Shown: one piece after another, positions 12,888 to 26,800 of the stretch | Position numbering within the stretch: the first letter of the stretch is position 1 | Layout of the letters: each line of letters opens with the position of its first letter | The notes under the pieces: model-generated | What the model saw: the letters and a program-made list of their open reading frames with translations, nothing else | Databases searched by the model: none | Told to the model about the DNA's origin: nothing | Translations under genes and position numbers: made by a program | NCBI GenBank assembly: GCA_964035545.1 | Contig: OZ037767.1 | Location: forward strand, 6,278,707 to 6,342,706 | Origin: Bugula neritina | Taxonomy: Eukaryota > Animalia > Bryozoa | Reading direction: 5' to 3' | DNA: 64,000 nucleotides

Positions 12888-13098
12888 GTTGGATCTGTAT
12901 TCTACAACACACAGCTAGAATAAGCTTTCTTTTAAACACTGGTTGAATTACTGTAGACATATAACATAAAAATATAAAATGTCAACTGCTTGTTTAAAGT
13001 TGATATATGTGTGCAAGCATGCGTGCGTGTGCTCACACATAACTACATACTAAAAAATATACTGCCCTGAATATGTTAAATCAATTAGAAATTACAGC

Positions 13099-13101
<3 letters not shown>

Positions 13102-13176
<75 letters not shown>
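13102..13176. repeat. (TA)n microsatellite in intron 1 of peptide gene C
   Basis: Directly visible. Confidence 0.97.
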
Positions 13177-13184
<8 letters not shown>

Positions 13185-13393
13185 ACAATCACAATAGTAT
13201 GTGTGCAGCATAAGTATACAGCAATTAATTTAATCAATTTCAAATTGTTTCATGGAAACACATGGTTTGTCATCCTGATAGAAATTTATTCACACCAGTT
13301 CCACTTGGAGTGACTATCTAGAATAATCTGTTTATCCTGAATATATGTTTATATCGTTAATCTAGCACAGTAGAAAAACATTTGGTTTCTTAC

Positions 13394-13514
13394 CTGGCTT
13401 ATGTTCAACAGTGCTTGTAAGTTGTTACATGCAGTGCACAGGAAGATACACACATTGTACTGTGCTAAACTTTCACTTATATACTCTTTTTGCACTTTGC
13501 TCTTAATTGATTGG
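13394..13514 (-). promoter_or_regulatory. Promoter and non-coding exon 1 of defensin-like gene C
   Basis: CCAAT 13514-13510, TATATAA 13483-13477, exon ending ttgaacataagccag|gtaaga at 13394; more diverged than A and B. Confidence 0.6.
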
Positions 13515-13917
13515 TTTACAGCTCTACCAACTTCTGGAGTTCTAATGATTAACTATCATAGTTCACTTTAGTAATTTTACTGACTCTTGTATTTTTAACT
13601 TATTTTCTATAACAGACATACCATACCTACAAAGAAGTTTGCTCTGCATCTTTTGTAATAAAACTTTAAAATTTGAGAGGTTTTAATTATGAAGGACTAA
13701 TGGGCTAGCTCATCTAAAAAAAAATTGTGTTTGTGTGTGTCAATTATGCATGTCATAAGTTTGTCTGTAAAACAAGTAACTTTGTACAATATATAAATTT
13801 TCTACCCTCTATTTGCAGCTCTCTAAGAACTGTTCTAAGTTGCTTTAACTTGCACTATTTTCTATAACTTTCATTTAAAAGTTTTCTATGTTTTGATGAT
13901 ATTGTGTTTCACATAGA

Positions 13918-14152
13918 CTTACGCAAGTTCATAGTCACTATTCCTGTGAGCACTCCTGATAGAAAGAGTCTTTTTAAAGCTGGCTAACCACTTATTCATA
14001 TAATTTGGCATAGAGGCAATTATGCTGACTGGATGCTCTATCTAACATCACTAATGACCTTCTTTGGGGTTAGAATTTATGATCTAGTGTTTACTAAGCT
14101 AGCGCTGTAACCCTTAGCCCACGGCTGTTTCTAGATAGTGCTTTGAACAGAT
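13918..14152 (-). mobile_element. tRNA-derived SINE (family seen 6 times in the window)
   Basis: Homologous to 22251-22470, 22956-23160, 25027-25177, 30067-30278 and 45809-45899; tRNA-like head with A/B boxes. Confidence 0.75.
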
Positions 14153-14776
14153 AAATAGCTGAATTTATCATAATGAATTTTTAAATCATTACCAAAAAGC
14201 TGTCATCATTGTAATATTATACTTATATACATCAACCCAAATCTATCATCTTAGTCAAGTTGATGAAATCATTTAGATATGCTTAGTTTTGACTATTCAC
14301 GAAAAAGTTGATCTTACTTGATAATAATAATAAGTAAAATCTATTAATTTTTTTCCAAAAAACTTACTTCCAAGTAAAATCTTTAGGTGTGCTTATACAG
14401 TATTTGCACATTGATTTTTCTCATGAGAGTTATCTTTGATTATTCAATCCTTATACTGCATTAACCTATTATTTTAGCAAACTTCAAAGGCCCGTTTCAC
14501 TGCTAAATTTCTGTATGGGCTAAATTTATTCAAAAGTGTATTAAAGGAATTCATCTTTAGCTATGAGGCTTTGTGCAAACAAAAAGAGGCTGAAGCATTC
14601 CAGCGTATTGGTAGAAAACATACTGCTGTAATGAACAAATGTTTTCATATAAAAAATAATAAACTATCCCTATATTTGCTAATATTGAACTATAATTATA
14701 ATATGCTTGTCAGATTGCACACACCCAATATAATTCATTTAAAGCAAGCTGCAGGCCGCATTTAAGATTGGAATAG

Positions 14777-15499
14777 TTTTGTTCTGATATTGTTGAAGAA
14801 GTAAAAGTCACCTCTGTTAACCCTAGTTTTTAAAACTGTCACCTCAGTGTTTAATTAAAGCTGCATTAAGATATTTTTTCCCATGCATTAAGTGGTCAGC
14901 ACACACCGATCTTCAGAATACATTTTTCTGAATACATTATGGCCTGATAATAATATGTTTACTTCCACTTTCATCAATAGTGTGATTAATGTGTATAATA
15001 TAGGCTATTGTCCCTATAATATATTGTGGGAATATTTCATATTATATTTTGTCCATTTCTTGTATAAACAATAGATGCTACCAACAAAACTCCATTACAT
15101 TGTAATTATAACATGGTGCTAAAATTAATGATGATTTCAAAATCAACATAAATGCAAAATAAACAGTGAATGTCCACACTTTGGCCACCAATTTATTCTC
15201 TTTTAGCTTTAAAGCTTACTACCATTTTGCTGTAACATGTATGCATATAAAATATTTCCACAATACATTATGGGGACAATAGCCTATGATATATATACAC
15301 ATTAATCACACTATTGATAAAAGTGGAAGTAAACATATTGTTATCAGGTAAAATTTATTCTGAAGATTGGTGTGTGCTGACCACTTAATGCATGGGAAAA
15401 ACAATTTTAATACAATTTCAATTAAACACTAAGGTGACAGTTTTAAAAATTAGAGTCAACAGAGGTGATTTTTACTTTTCCAATAACATCAGAACAAAA
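14777..15499. mobile_element. Foldback/MITE-like element with ~260-bp inverted arms
   Basis: 14777-15043 is the imperfect reverse complement of 15246-15499 (e.g. cccatgcattaagtggtcagcacacacc / ggtgtgtgctgaccacttaatgcatggg); ~200-bp spacer. Confidence 0.8.
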
Positions 15500-15939
15500 G
15501 TCTGTGTTGTGCATCACACACACGCAAGCAAGCAAGCGCACACACGCACACACACCACAGTGTACTTGACGCAGTATCACACATAAAATGTGGAATGTAA
15601 TAGCTGCTCACATTGGTTTTGTATGTAGTTGTGAAAAAATTTGTTACTTTAAAATATTAATGTACGGTAGTACACTAGTTGTTGCGATCGTTTATTAGCT
15701 TGTCTGAGTTGCTTCCTCCTGGCTCCTAGCGCTATTGGGCAAAATGCAGAAAGAGGCTGTTCTTTAAAAAAAGACCACGAATCAAGTTTACGCGTGACTA
15801 CTTATGTTAGATAACATATGATTCGTCTCTTTTTTTAAACATGTCGAAATAAACTCCATGTAACGTTTTCCAAAACCGGAGAAATTGTCAAACTGGCGTG
15901 GCTAGAATTTTTTCCCATAGCTGCATGCAGAATATCGAG

Positions 15940-16850
15940 CATTATTATTACTATTAGTATTAGTATTAGTATTACTATATTATTTTTTATTACATTTACT
16001 ACTCACTGATGTTACAATTGCTGTTACTTATTAATGTTACTATTAGTATTAGTATTTATAATATTATTTCTTGCAATAGATTAGCTTTACATTAGATACA
16101 GTTCCAAATTGTGAATACAAGTATAGTTGAGTTATACTTGAAGCTGGTGAGACTGACTCCAAGAGTGAGTTAAACTTCATGAGTTAATCTTATCAACTTA
16201 TGCTTAAAGACTAAGAGGTATAGTTATAAATATGCAGTGCTACTTATAGTTATACTTATAGTTAATGTTATAAAGATACTATTTCAAATAGTACTAGTGC
16301 TAGTATGCTAGAGCGTGAGCTCTATGAAAAATTCAACTCAACTGTCGAAGTCAATTTTATTTTTAATTTCAACCTGAAAGTGAATGAGAATCACATTCTG
16401 ATTCACTGAAACTGAAAGTTATTCAATATCAGTATCATTCAACCACCGGTCAATGCAATTCTAGACTAGTAATACTAAGACTGAATAATAGTCATAGTAT
16501 TAGTAATGCTTAAGTTTAACTAAATACTCTTACTCTATCTCCCACTTGAACGTTATAGCCCATGGCTATAGCATAAGCATTAGTTTAAAATATAAAATTT
16601 AATATTATAATTATTATTAATATTAGTTATACTTGAACTAATTCACTTTTAGTGATGGTACTCAGGCAATGGTATTAGTAGTTCTACCTAAAGTAAAAAG
16701 TGAAACTGCAAGACTTAAGGTGAAAGTTATACTCATGCTGATACTCATACTTATAGTTATACTTATAGTATTACTTATGGATAACACAAGTTAAGGTTTA
16801 GTGTAACTGTAGGTGACAACTATAATAATGGTTGTGATATTATGATATTT
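15940..16850. repeat. Degenerate hexamer array (TAGTAT/TATACT/AGTTAT type) in putative first intron of THADA
   Basis: Visible 6-bp periodic low-complexity tract following a CpG-richer segment at ~15660-15940. Confidence 0.75.
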
Positions 16851-17854
16851 TCAATTTTTATTTTAGTGTTTTTTATAAGTTTTTTTTTTGATTTAAATTA
16901 ATAATTGTAGTTTGGGAGATATTATAATTTTGTATTAAAGTTGTAGCATACATTGTTATAAAAACAACGTGTCAATGTTGTACAATCAATAGCAATTGAA
17001 ATTTGTATTACCATCAGAATAAGGTATTTTTGTTAATGGAAGCCGCAAAACAATTCATTTATGATTTTAATAAAAATCTGAATGTTTGAGTCATTACTAG
17101 TTCAGATCAATTCATAAGTCAAGAGACTTTTTTTTAATAATTTGCAATATAATTTTCTATCAAACTACGAAAGCATGTCACTTTTTTATTTTTGCAGCCA
17201 TGCCTTTTAGCTGTATTTAGCTTTACCACAAATTTCAAAATAAGCTCTAAAATAAATTTGTAGCTTTCCTAGTAAAATTAAGATATTAAAAATATGTGAT
17301 ACTAGTCAGTTTGTAATTTGATATTTAAAAAAAAAATTCTTGGTAATTGCCTTGAAAATATAATGTTTTTATTGGTCATTATTATAGTTGTTAACAAACA
17401 GGTATAGGTCTAAAAATTGGCAAAGTTATTTTGTAGTCTTACTGTAGTTTGTCCTGAATAGTCAAATTCTAAAAATATCACTGGTTCACAGTCACCTTGG
17501 CATTTGAAGGGTTATTTTTCATATCATTAAGTCTGATTTCTGCTATTTTAGAACTTTGCTATCTACGATTATTGATGAGGAAAATAGGATTTCAAAGTTT
17601 AAACACATTTTTTAAATGTTATATATATAGCCAAAAGGCAACAAAAATCCCACAATGGGTGTGGTGTAAAAGTGATTTGTCTAAATAGGCAATCAGAGCT
17701 TCTAGTTGGTAAATATATAGGCTTTCCATTTTCATATTTCGCTCAGTTTTCATTATATATTATTGAATTTCATTAGATACAATGTTATTTTTCTGTTGAC
17801 GATATTTATTTCCTCTGTGTATATTGATGCAATGCGTTTATGTAGGAGTAGAAG

Positions 17855-20800
17855 ATGGACTTGTTGGACTCCAAACTGCTTGTTAGTAGTTTAACGAGTT
17901 GCTTAGAAGATTCTTATGAAGGCAATCAGCAGAAGGCTCTGCAACTCTTGCATGCCTCAGCATCTCATAAAGTGAGTTGCAATTGTTCTTTTATCATTTC
18001 TTCTCCGGTTTTAATTAATGTATGATTGTAGTTTATGCTATCATATTGCTGCAACTATTGATGCCAAATAATCTTTTGATCATGTGTATATACCTAACAG
18101 TACTACTATGTGCCAGAGTTTTTATTTATCTCTCATAATCTAATAATTAGAGTTAGTTCTTTCTATGCTGATTCACTGTACGCGTCATTAATTAAAATAC
18201 AGATCTTACAGTATACAGCATAATATTCTAGTCCTGATTATTACCACTGCCTACAAAACTCATTGCAGGAGCTGTTGGACACTAAAGGTATTCTGAGAGC
18301 ATTTCAGTACTTATACAGCAGTAGAACCCAAGACTCCATTTCTGCTGCTTATCTCCTCCTCGCTGCCTTCGCTGACTCTAGTAGAAGTATAGATGCAGTC
18401 CGAGAACTCAGCACAACCTCCCCTTCCTTAGTCGATATTGTGAGTCTGGCTAACTATTTATATACATATATAATCATATAGTACGTATATAATATGATTA
18501 TATAGTATATATACATATATAGTCATATAGTACGCATATTATATGATTATATAATATATATATATACTATATAATCATATAGTATATACACTATATGATT
18601 ATAACAGTATGTATGCTATACGTTTATATTATATTTATATAATATATGCTATATGATTATATATGTTTCAGTTCATCTGCCAACTACTATCTACATTTGT
18701 TCAATCAGTAAATGTTAATCTGTTTTTGAAGTTTATGTGACTAAGAAAGACACTGATGCATCATCCAGATAATAATTTACATTTCAATTTGTCATGTTAA
18801 CCACATTTTATAATACCGCTATTGATTAAACATGTTCATCCGCATTTGAAATGAGATTGTCTACTCGTGTCAACATTGTGATAACTCTTATAGAGTGTGC
18901 TACTCAACGGAGTATCAATCAACAGCAAGAGTGGAAATAAAGAGGAGTTATCTCTCCTTCTCCTACATGTAATATTAAACGTTTTGGAACATCAGGCTAT
19001 TGAGGCAAAACAGGATCTTGTCACTGCCAGCCAGTACTACCCCCTCCACCCTTCACTCCTCTGTCTACGCTACTTGCTGCGGTTAGTGCTTCCACAATTC
19101 TTGTATACACAGAGGAGATGTTTCATACGACCATCCAGACTGCTGTTGATGTTTCAGCACATACTCTGTAAACTCTCAGCTTTTTTCCAAAACCTGAACT
19201 CGATGTGTCTAGCTATTACAATAACACATTTATATTTTATTAGTGCTTCAGGCTCTCTTCATAAGGTGTGTGTTTGCTGCCATGGGGGGAGAGGGGGGGA
19301 GTGAAAAAGAGAACCTTACCATTGTATATTTAATATCTGATGTCCTGGATTTATGACATTCACTAGTCAATAATGGAACTAATCAATGTATTACTAAAAA
19401 TATTCAACATTATTTTGGTTTCAATGTATTTAATATTCAGCTAAGCACTTTTTATTCACAGTGTAATATTATTTATTGTTTAATAAACACCATAAAACTG
19501 CTATATATTAATTTGTGTTATCCTACAGGTTAGGCAAGTTGATGTCTGCATGGTGCAGCATGTAAATATTCAACTCTTCCTTTTACTAATTTATTAGAGT
19601 TTCCTAAAATCAAGGCCATTATTGATGTAATTTACAGCTAATTGTTTAGGGATGAGCTTTGTTTTTCATAGGTTAAATTCATTTTCTGTTTGTGCAGTGA
19701 AAATTATTATGACTCGCGTCAAGTTTGGTGGTGGTTGACTTTAAAATTTCTCAAATCTTAGTAGCTGGACCCTCATTTAAAAATTATTTAAAACTTATTT
19801 GAATATTTTATTGTTGTTTTTAGTTCTGCTGAAATAAAGGATTCCATGAAATGGCAGTTGCTAATAACTCGACTGTTTCATGTGACATTTGATCAGGTTT
19901 ATCCTCTCGTAAATCCTGTGGTCTGTCATTCTTCCCCAGAAGGTTATCTGCCACCAGATGAGAGTGATGACGTCACTGATGATGTCACTGATGATGTCAC
20001 TAATACTAGCAAAGGTACTCCATACAGTTTTACTTCACACTGCACACATGAGTTCATCTGGTGCCTAAACTTAGTGGATGAGGAGTTTTTTCTAGCACAT
20101 TTGCACGAGACCTTATGATATAACATGATCTTTGGTCAAACCTTTCTATGAGCCCTCAAACGTTACTCATTGTGTTGGACATGGTTGTGGTGCAATAGGG
20201 AGGGGAAGTTGGTTATGAAAAAGTTAGTTGTTATATAAGAACACACTTGCTTATGCATGAACAGCCAAAAGTGTAGATATACAATTATGTTTGATTCATT
20301 TCTCTACATGTTTATTCTGTGTTTCTAAATAGCTCTTAAGTTTTACATCTTATATACTATGTTGTGTAGACGTGTCAGGAGGTAAAGCGAGGCCTGGGTT
20401 ACCTCAATTTCTGGTTGTTTGCTGCTGGAGAACAATAAAGGAGATCTCTCTTGTGTACGGAGCATTAATGGAGAAAGTTGTACCACAGGCTGGTGATATT
20501 GTCACCCACAAGCAGGTACCCCAGGTGTCATATAACCACTCATGACTCTGCACTCATGATATGAAGCACTCAGCTACCTTACTACACACTCTACCTTGCT
20601 GGTGCTGGGACTACTTCTACCTGCAGAATCTTGACTCAATAAACCAACTACTATCAAACGCTGCAGATAGCAAAATGTTTATTTTGGGTTTCAGGTGACT
20701 TTACAGAGCTAAACAGACTAGTGTTTTAGTACAGTGCTCTCTCCGTAGCTCACAAACCACTTTCTCACAAGACTGTAGAGTCAACACACTATTATTACAG

Positions 20801-23800
20801 TCCTCCGTACATAGTTCATGGATCATTTTCTCACAAGACTCCATAGGTCACGAGATGGATTTGGACTTCCGCTTTGTTATCGGAAATACTATTGAAAATC
20901 AGCGACATAGCATTTTTTTGTGTGGATTTCAAATTTTAAGTAGTGATTGCCATTATTATGGTAGCTCTTTCTTATATAAATGATGGAGAGGCATGAAATG
21001 TGACTAAAGTTCAAATGCAAAATTGTGTATAAATTAACAGGTTTAGATTAAATATGTTTAAGCCGAATTATTATTCGGTGAGTTAAATCTGGAGTTGAGG
21101 TTTTGGAACCCGTAGTGAGATACAGAGGGAGGATTGTATTAATTTCATTTTTGTGCTAAAGCGAAAGAAATGATTAGTTAACTATTAACACTCCCACAGA
21201 CATTGATAGTACACACCTGTCTCAAGACTGTATTGAATGTTCTTATTACAGATAAGAGAATATATTAAAGTATTTTATGAATCTATACTACTTAATGCAA
21301 AACACAGAGGAGCATTTGAAATGGCATATACTGGGTACTGTAGCTACTGGCACACAATATGGAGGTGAGTGACAAGTGTAGCACATCACGTGACTAGGTT
21401 GAGCAGGTGGAACAAGTTGTTTCATCTGATGCCACACTGACTCAGTAACCCAGTTAATTCATATGTTTTTATTCTGCATATTGAATAGCCAACTGGTACA
21501 AAAACATTGCCAATGTTATCACTATACACTAATCTTATAAGAATGCATTTGCTGAGTTAATTTATTCAGGTTTTTTAGTAAACCTTTTATTAAAAATTTA
21601 ATTACGTTGAAGTTAAATGTAAGATTTAACGTTTTATGAGCTGTTGATGAATAAAACAGGTATTTATGTGTAGCCTACTTGTGATATAAAACATACTAAG
21701 CTTTGCTAGGCTAGCGAGTGTTGATTTAAACAATTGCTGCATGTTTTAGACTGGACAACTCCCGTTCCTTCGTATCAGAATTTCTTAATGATAGTCCGTA
21801 TTCAATGTTACTATCCAAAGAGACTGCAGAGAGTCTATGCGCTACCAGAAGGAGCGCTGGTTTACCGTTTATGGTTCAGGCCTTCGTCACTTCAGAGCCA
21901 AAACACAACAACCACTCTGCTTTGAAGAAGGTTATCCGTGACTTACTCGACATTCAGCTGTATGTCCAGGGTAAGTTTCTCTCTCAGCCTGCATTGCTTT
22001 GTTATATCCAGTGCATACACTCAGTCATGTACGTATGGATTCACACAATTCATAGTGAAAGTAAATTTTGTTTTCCAAACGTTTAGCTAAATCTTGATGT
22101 GATGGTTTGTTACAAATTCTACGAATTTCGCTGATATACAAGTTCTTAAGGAAATCACACAAGTGTATAGGCACCATGTATTTACTTAGCAGTATTCTAG
22201 TATTCCTTCTTAAGTCAGGTTTAATTGTGAATGTATCGAAGATGAACTCACTCACGCAAGTTTATAGTCACCATCCCTGTGAGAAACCCCTGATAGAAAG
22301 GGTTTTTAAATCGGCTAAGGACTTATTCAGATGGGGCACAGAAGCAATTATGACTGAATGCTCCTTGGATGCTTCTTCTAACATCACCAATGGCCATTAC
22401 TGGGGTTTGAAGCCATGACTACGTGTTTACTAAGCCAAACGCTCTAGACCCTAGACCACGGCTGCTCCCTGCATACAAGTGTTTAGATAAAGCTTTATTT
22501 CTTTTTGTATTTAGTAAGGCGAGGCTATTAGCACTTGATACAAGTTGGTAGTTGTCTTCTCTCTGACTGACATACTAATAGTAGCTGGTGGTGGTGTCTT
22601 GTAGGAGATGGAGAAGTAGAGTTGTACAGTCAGACTCAGCTGGTACATTCTCTCAACGTGCTCAGAGCTCTCTTCAGGTCATCTAATCTCGGAGACGCTG
22701 TCCAGCCGTATGTTGGTGACGGGCTAAAATCAGCGGTGAAAGGTTATCAGTCTCAGGTGAGAGGTCAAAGGTCACGTGTCTGATTAAAGCATATGGTGAT
22801 GTAATAAACTTGAAAGAGGTAGCCTACCCATGACTCACCACATCATTTGTGGAGTTCTGTGCCCTTTTTATGAGCCGCACATCTTCATCTTACAAAGAAA
22901 CTTTTGATGTGATCAGAATTTAGCTTGTAAGTTATGTGTTGCACTTGTTTTTTTTCACACGGGTTTAGAGTCGCCACCCTGTGAGAACCCCTGATGGAAA
23001 GATTTTTTAGTGGGTTGAGGACTTATTTTCTAGTGTGACAAAAGAACAGCTCTAACTGAATTCCCTTCATAACAATGACAATGGTGTTTGCTGAAAGTCG
23101 AATCACTGACCTTGTGTTTACTAATCCAGTTCTCTAACCACTGGATTGTGGTTGCTGCCTCATGCATTGCATTTGTTGACAAACATTAAATAGTACATTG
23201 TATTTCACTAGTAAAAGACGGAAGGTTTGAATGTAATTGCTTTGCAAAGCATTACTTGGTCTCTGAAACCGCAATGCAGACAATCAGTATGCTGAATGTA
23301 AATATTGTGCACATGTATAGGCGTGGCCTGTCAGGAACGCATCTACCCTGCTGTTCAGTGCCGTGATAACTCGTATGTTCGGAGTCAAGGTGGGCAAAGA
23401 TGATCTGAGTAAACACACTGGCATGGCTGGTCAACTTTTCTTTCAGAAGTTTCCGGAAGTCCATCCGTTCCTTCTGCAGGTGACTATATATTAAAACTTT
23501 GTGGTAGTTTTATTGCAGTTGATATCTCAACAGTAAGTAGTGAATTCTATACAGTAGATGGTGAACTATAAACAATAATGGAAGCTGCTGTCATGGAAAC
23601 AGATAGCGCCACCTGTCACAGCGTAACTACTTTCTTTATAGCTTCTACTTAAATGGCGAATATTATCTTAGCTCATGTGAAGTTAATATTCGACTGTTTA
23701 TGTGTACAAAGTAACATAGAATCGTATATTATAGCTGCTACCCACTAAATGGTCATAATCTAAGACTGGGTGTGCATCACGGACTAATTTTATAACCGAA

Positions 23801-26800
23801 AGTTTTTTGTTTTGTCCTTCGCTCACATCAAGTCATGTGGTCACGACCTTTATGTTTGTATGTTTCACTTCTTATAACAATATATACATTAGCGGCTAAA
23901 CTGTAAAAAATAGGTAAAGACTATAAATCTATAGTGTGTAATAAATTAAGTAAAAACACCCACACCTATACGTAGTGTTAGTCACTGGTTTACAGGCTAC
24001 TGACTTTATCTGCTGCAGGAACTGGACAACTGCACTTCTTTCAGATCTCCTGGTGGCAAGACACTGCTTCAGCCCAACCTCTACTTGCTACTCATTGTCC
24101 TGTGTAAACTCTACCCATCACAAAGAGATTCGGGAGGTGCTAGCCTCTCTCTAGAGGTCTTTGTACCCTACATACACAGGTATTCATATATAGACTTGTT
24201 GGTACGTCATGTAGATGAGGTCCGGGAGAATCAGCTAGTATATTGTATCATGTGATTTCAGATGCGCTGCCAGTCCTGTATACAAAATAAGAATGCTGGC
24301 AGCGATAGCTCTGTCCAATGTGTTAGACCGTGACCTTTTGACCTTGAAGAAGACCTCCACTGACCTCTGTGATCAGATCATGCTGACAGGCTGCCACAAC
24401 TCTCTGCATGGACTGCTGCTTCAAATTTTATATCTGTACAGTATGTTGCTGACAATTATATAATTCAATCACTTGTGTTTATACCTAAAAGTCTGAATGT
24501 CTGAATACATACACAGAGGTAGGTGCAGTAATGGAGAAATTGAGAAAAGCCTGTGTTCTAGATCGGAAATGTAGAATAAGAAGTTATGTTCTCTTGAGAA
24601 TTTCAACCCCGCCCCAAATCAAAGTTTAATAATAAAATTAAAGAACTTAGTCTATCTCAATTTCTCCACTACTGCTCGTAAATAAATATGTTTATTCTTC
24701 AACATGGACTAATCATTTACTTCATGTGTTACATGTTTTATATACTGAGTTCTATTTACATTATCTAGCGTCCTCTCCCACATCAGAAGCTGACAACTCC
24801 GAGTGCTACTTTCAGCCAGTGCTGGAGATGATACTAAACACATGTGATAAAATACTTTCAAGGTAAAACTTGTATTTCCCTTGCTGACACTCTACGTAGT
24901 GATTAGCACCTGTAATGGTCAGTGAATCAGTCCTATGACAGCCTGCACTTGTAGCAAGCATGTTCTCCTTTATTTGTTAAATTATTCGTTTGTTATATTT
25001 ATTGTGAAATATAAGTGAAAACATTTAGGAGCAGCCGTGGTTTAAGGGTTAGTTAAACCTTAGGCTTAGTAAACCCGAGCTTATGGGTTCAAAGACAAAG
25101 CCCGTTTGTGATTTTAGGTAAAGCATGTAGTCATAATTTCTCTTGTGCCCCACCTGAATAAGTCCTTTGCCCAATTTGAAGAAAATAATCTTTTGCTACA
25201 TTTATTGTGAAATATATGTGAAAATGTAAGGTTTTATATGTGAATGTTGCTAAATTATTATAATGTATCCAATTAAAATAGTGTCTTTTCTTTTTTTAGT
25301 GCCAGTGAATTGGTTATCTCTACTTACATTGATATCATACTAGCGTGCAAACCTAAGTTCAGTCATGTTCTGAACAATAAAGAAGATGTTTCCCAATTCA
25401 TGCGAAAAGTTCTCTTTTCTGCTGGAGAAAGCGAGAGCTCGTGTGATTGGCTGAGAAGCTGGTCGTCTGCAGGAGTTGATTTGCAGCTCAGCAAATGTCG
25501 TTTGCTGTTAGACTTGCAGGAGCCTGTCTTGTGCACAGAGCAGATGCTGTGTGACTTGCTGTCTGTCTATGGCATGTATGAAGTGCATCATGAAATACTC
25601 TCTACACAGGAAGTGGCAGGTGGGTGTGGCCAGAATAAGGACTCTGCTTTGATTGGCCTATACTTGAACATATTTCCTGTTGTCTAAATTATGTCACAGC
25701 AGTGATATATTCGACGAATAGTTTCACAGAAAATGAATTTGTAACAACTCTTTTCAATACACTATTCATTCAAAAATATGTTGCTTCAGTTTTTTTTTCC
25801 TTTTTTAGCTTTATCAACCAGTTTTAATGATCAGAATATAATATAAAACAATATTATAAATGTTTATTATTGACAACACCATTGTTTTAGATGAAGTTTT
25901 AATCTCAGTCGAGAAGTTATCCTCTCTTATGTTTACCATGATGCAGTGGAACAAAGACAAGTTCTCTTACAGCACAACGCAGTCTATATATCTGGTATAT
26001 GAATTAAAGCTCTTGTTTGTCTATTTCTCTTTACAGCTGGGTTATTGTGACCCAATATATTTATATTATATTATATTCTGAAGTGTATTACATTAGTATT
26101 ATATTTTATTCTGAATGAAACACCATACTGCAATTCAACTGTAAGTATAATACATATACAATATAGTCTAGTTAAAGTATGTTTATAGTTTTCACATGAT
26201 ATGTTCTGAATAATGCCAATGACTCATTGTCGGCCATTATGCTACTCATTGAAAGGGGTGTGGCTCAACATACTATATGGTTACTGTGAATAGTTTCGTG
26301 ACAAATTAATCTAACTTTAAAGATGATTGCATTTTTTTGCATTAGGAATCATAATTAAAAGTATAAATAGATTGCTTACTTACACAAACCAGATCCTATT
26401 AGCACCAAATGGAGTTAATAGTAGTTTAACTTGGAGCTTGTTTTATTCTGTGTATTGTACCGACACTCAAAATAGTTGTAATTAATAACTTGGTTCATAG
26501 TTTATTTAAAACTTGTATTGGTTTGAAAATTTATAATCATGTTTTTAAACACATTAAAAAAATTAAAAACATTAAGTAATTTAGTCAGAATAGCAATTAA
26601 TCATTAACAATGTCATCATGTATCTTGATACCATAAAATTTCTGCTCTCTTTGTAATGTCAAAATAAATACCTAAATCTATAAATTGTTTTTATTCAACA
26701 AATTGGTAAAATTATTTTAGTTTGAGGGTCTGGAATTTAAAAACTTTAGGTGCAATTGTTTTAAGAATGTTTTCTATGCTTGGATGTCATTTTACTGCTT

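Noticed and set aside
19966-20001. DDVT x3 repeat with a TGACGTCA motif in THADA
   Set aside because: A 12-bp slippage in a variable acidic loop; no evidence of regulatory use.
23603-23620. CTCF-like gcgccacctg motif
   Set aside because: A single partial match in an intron; unsupported without binding data.
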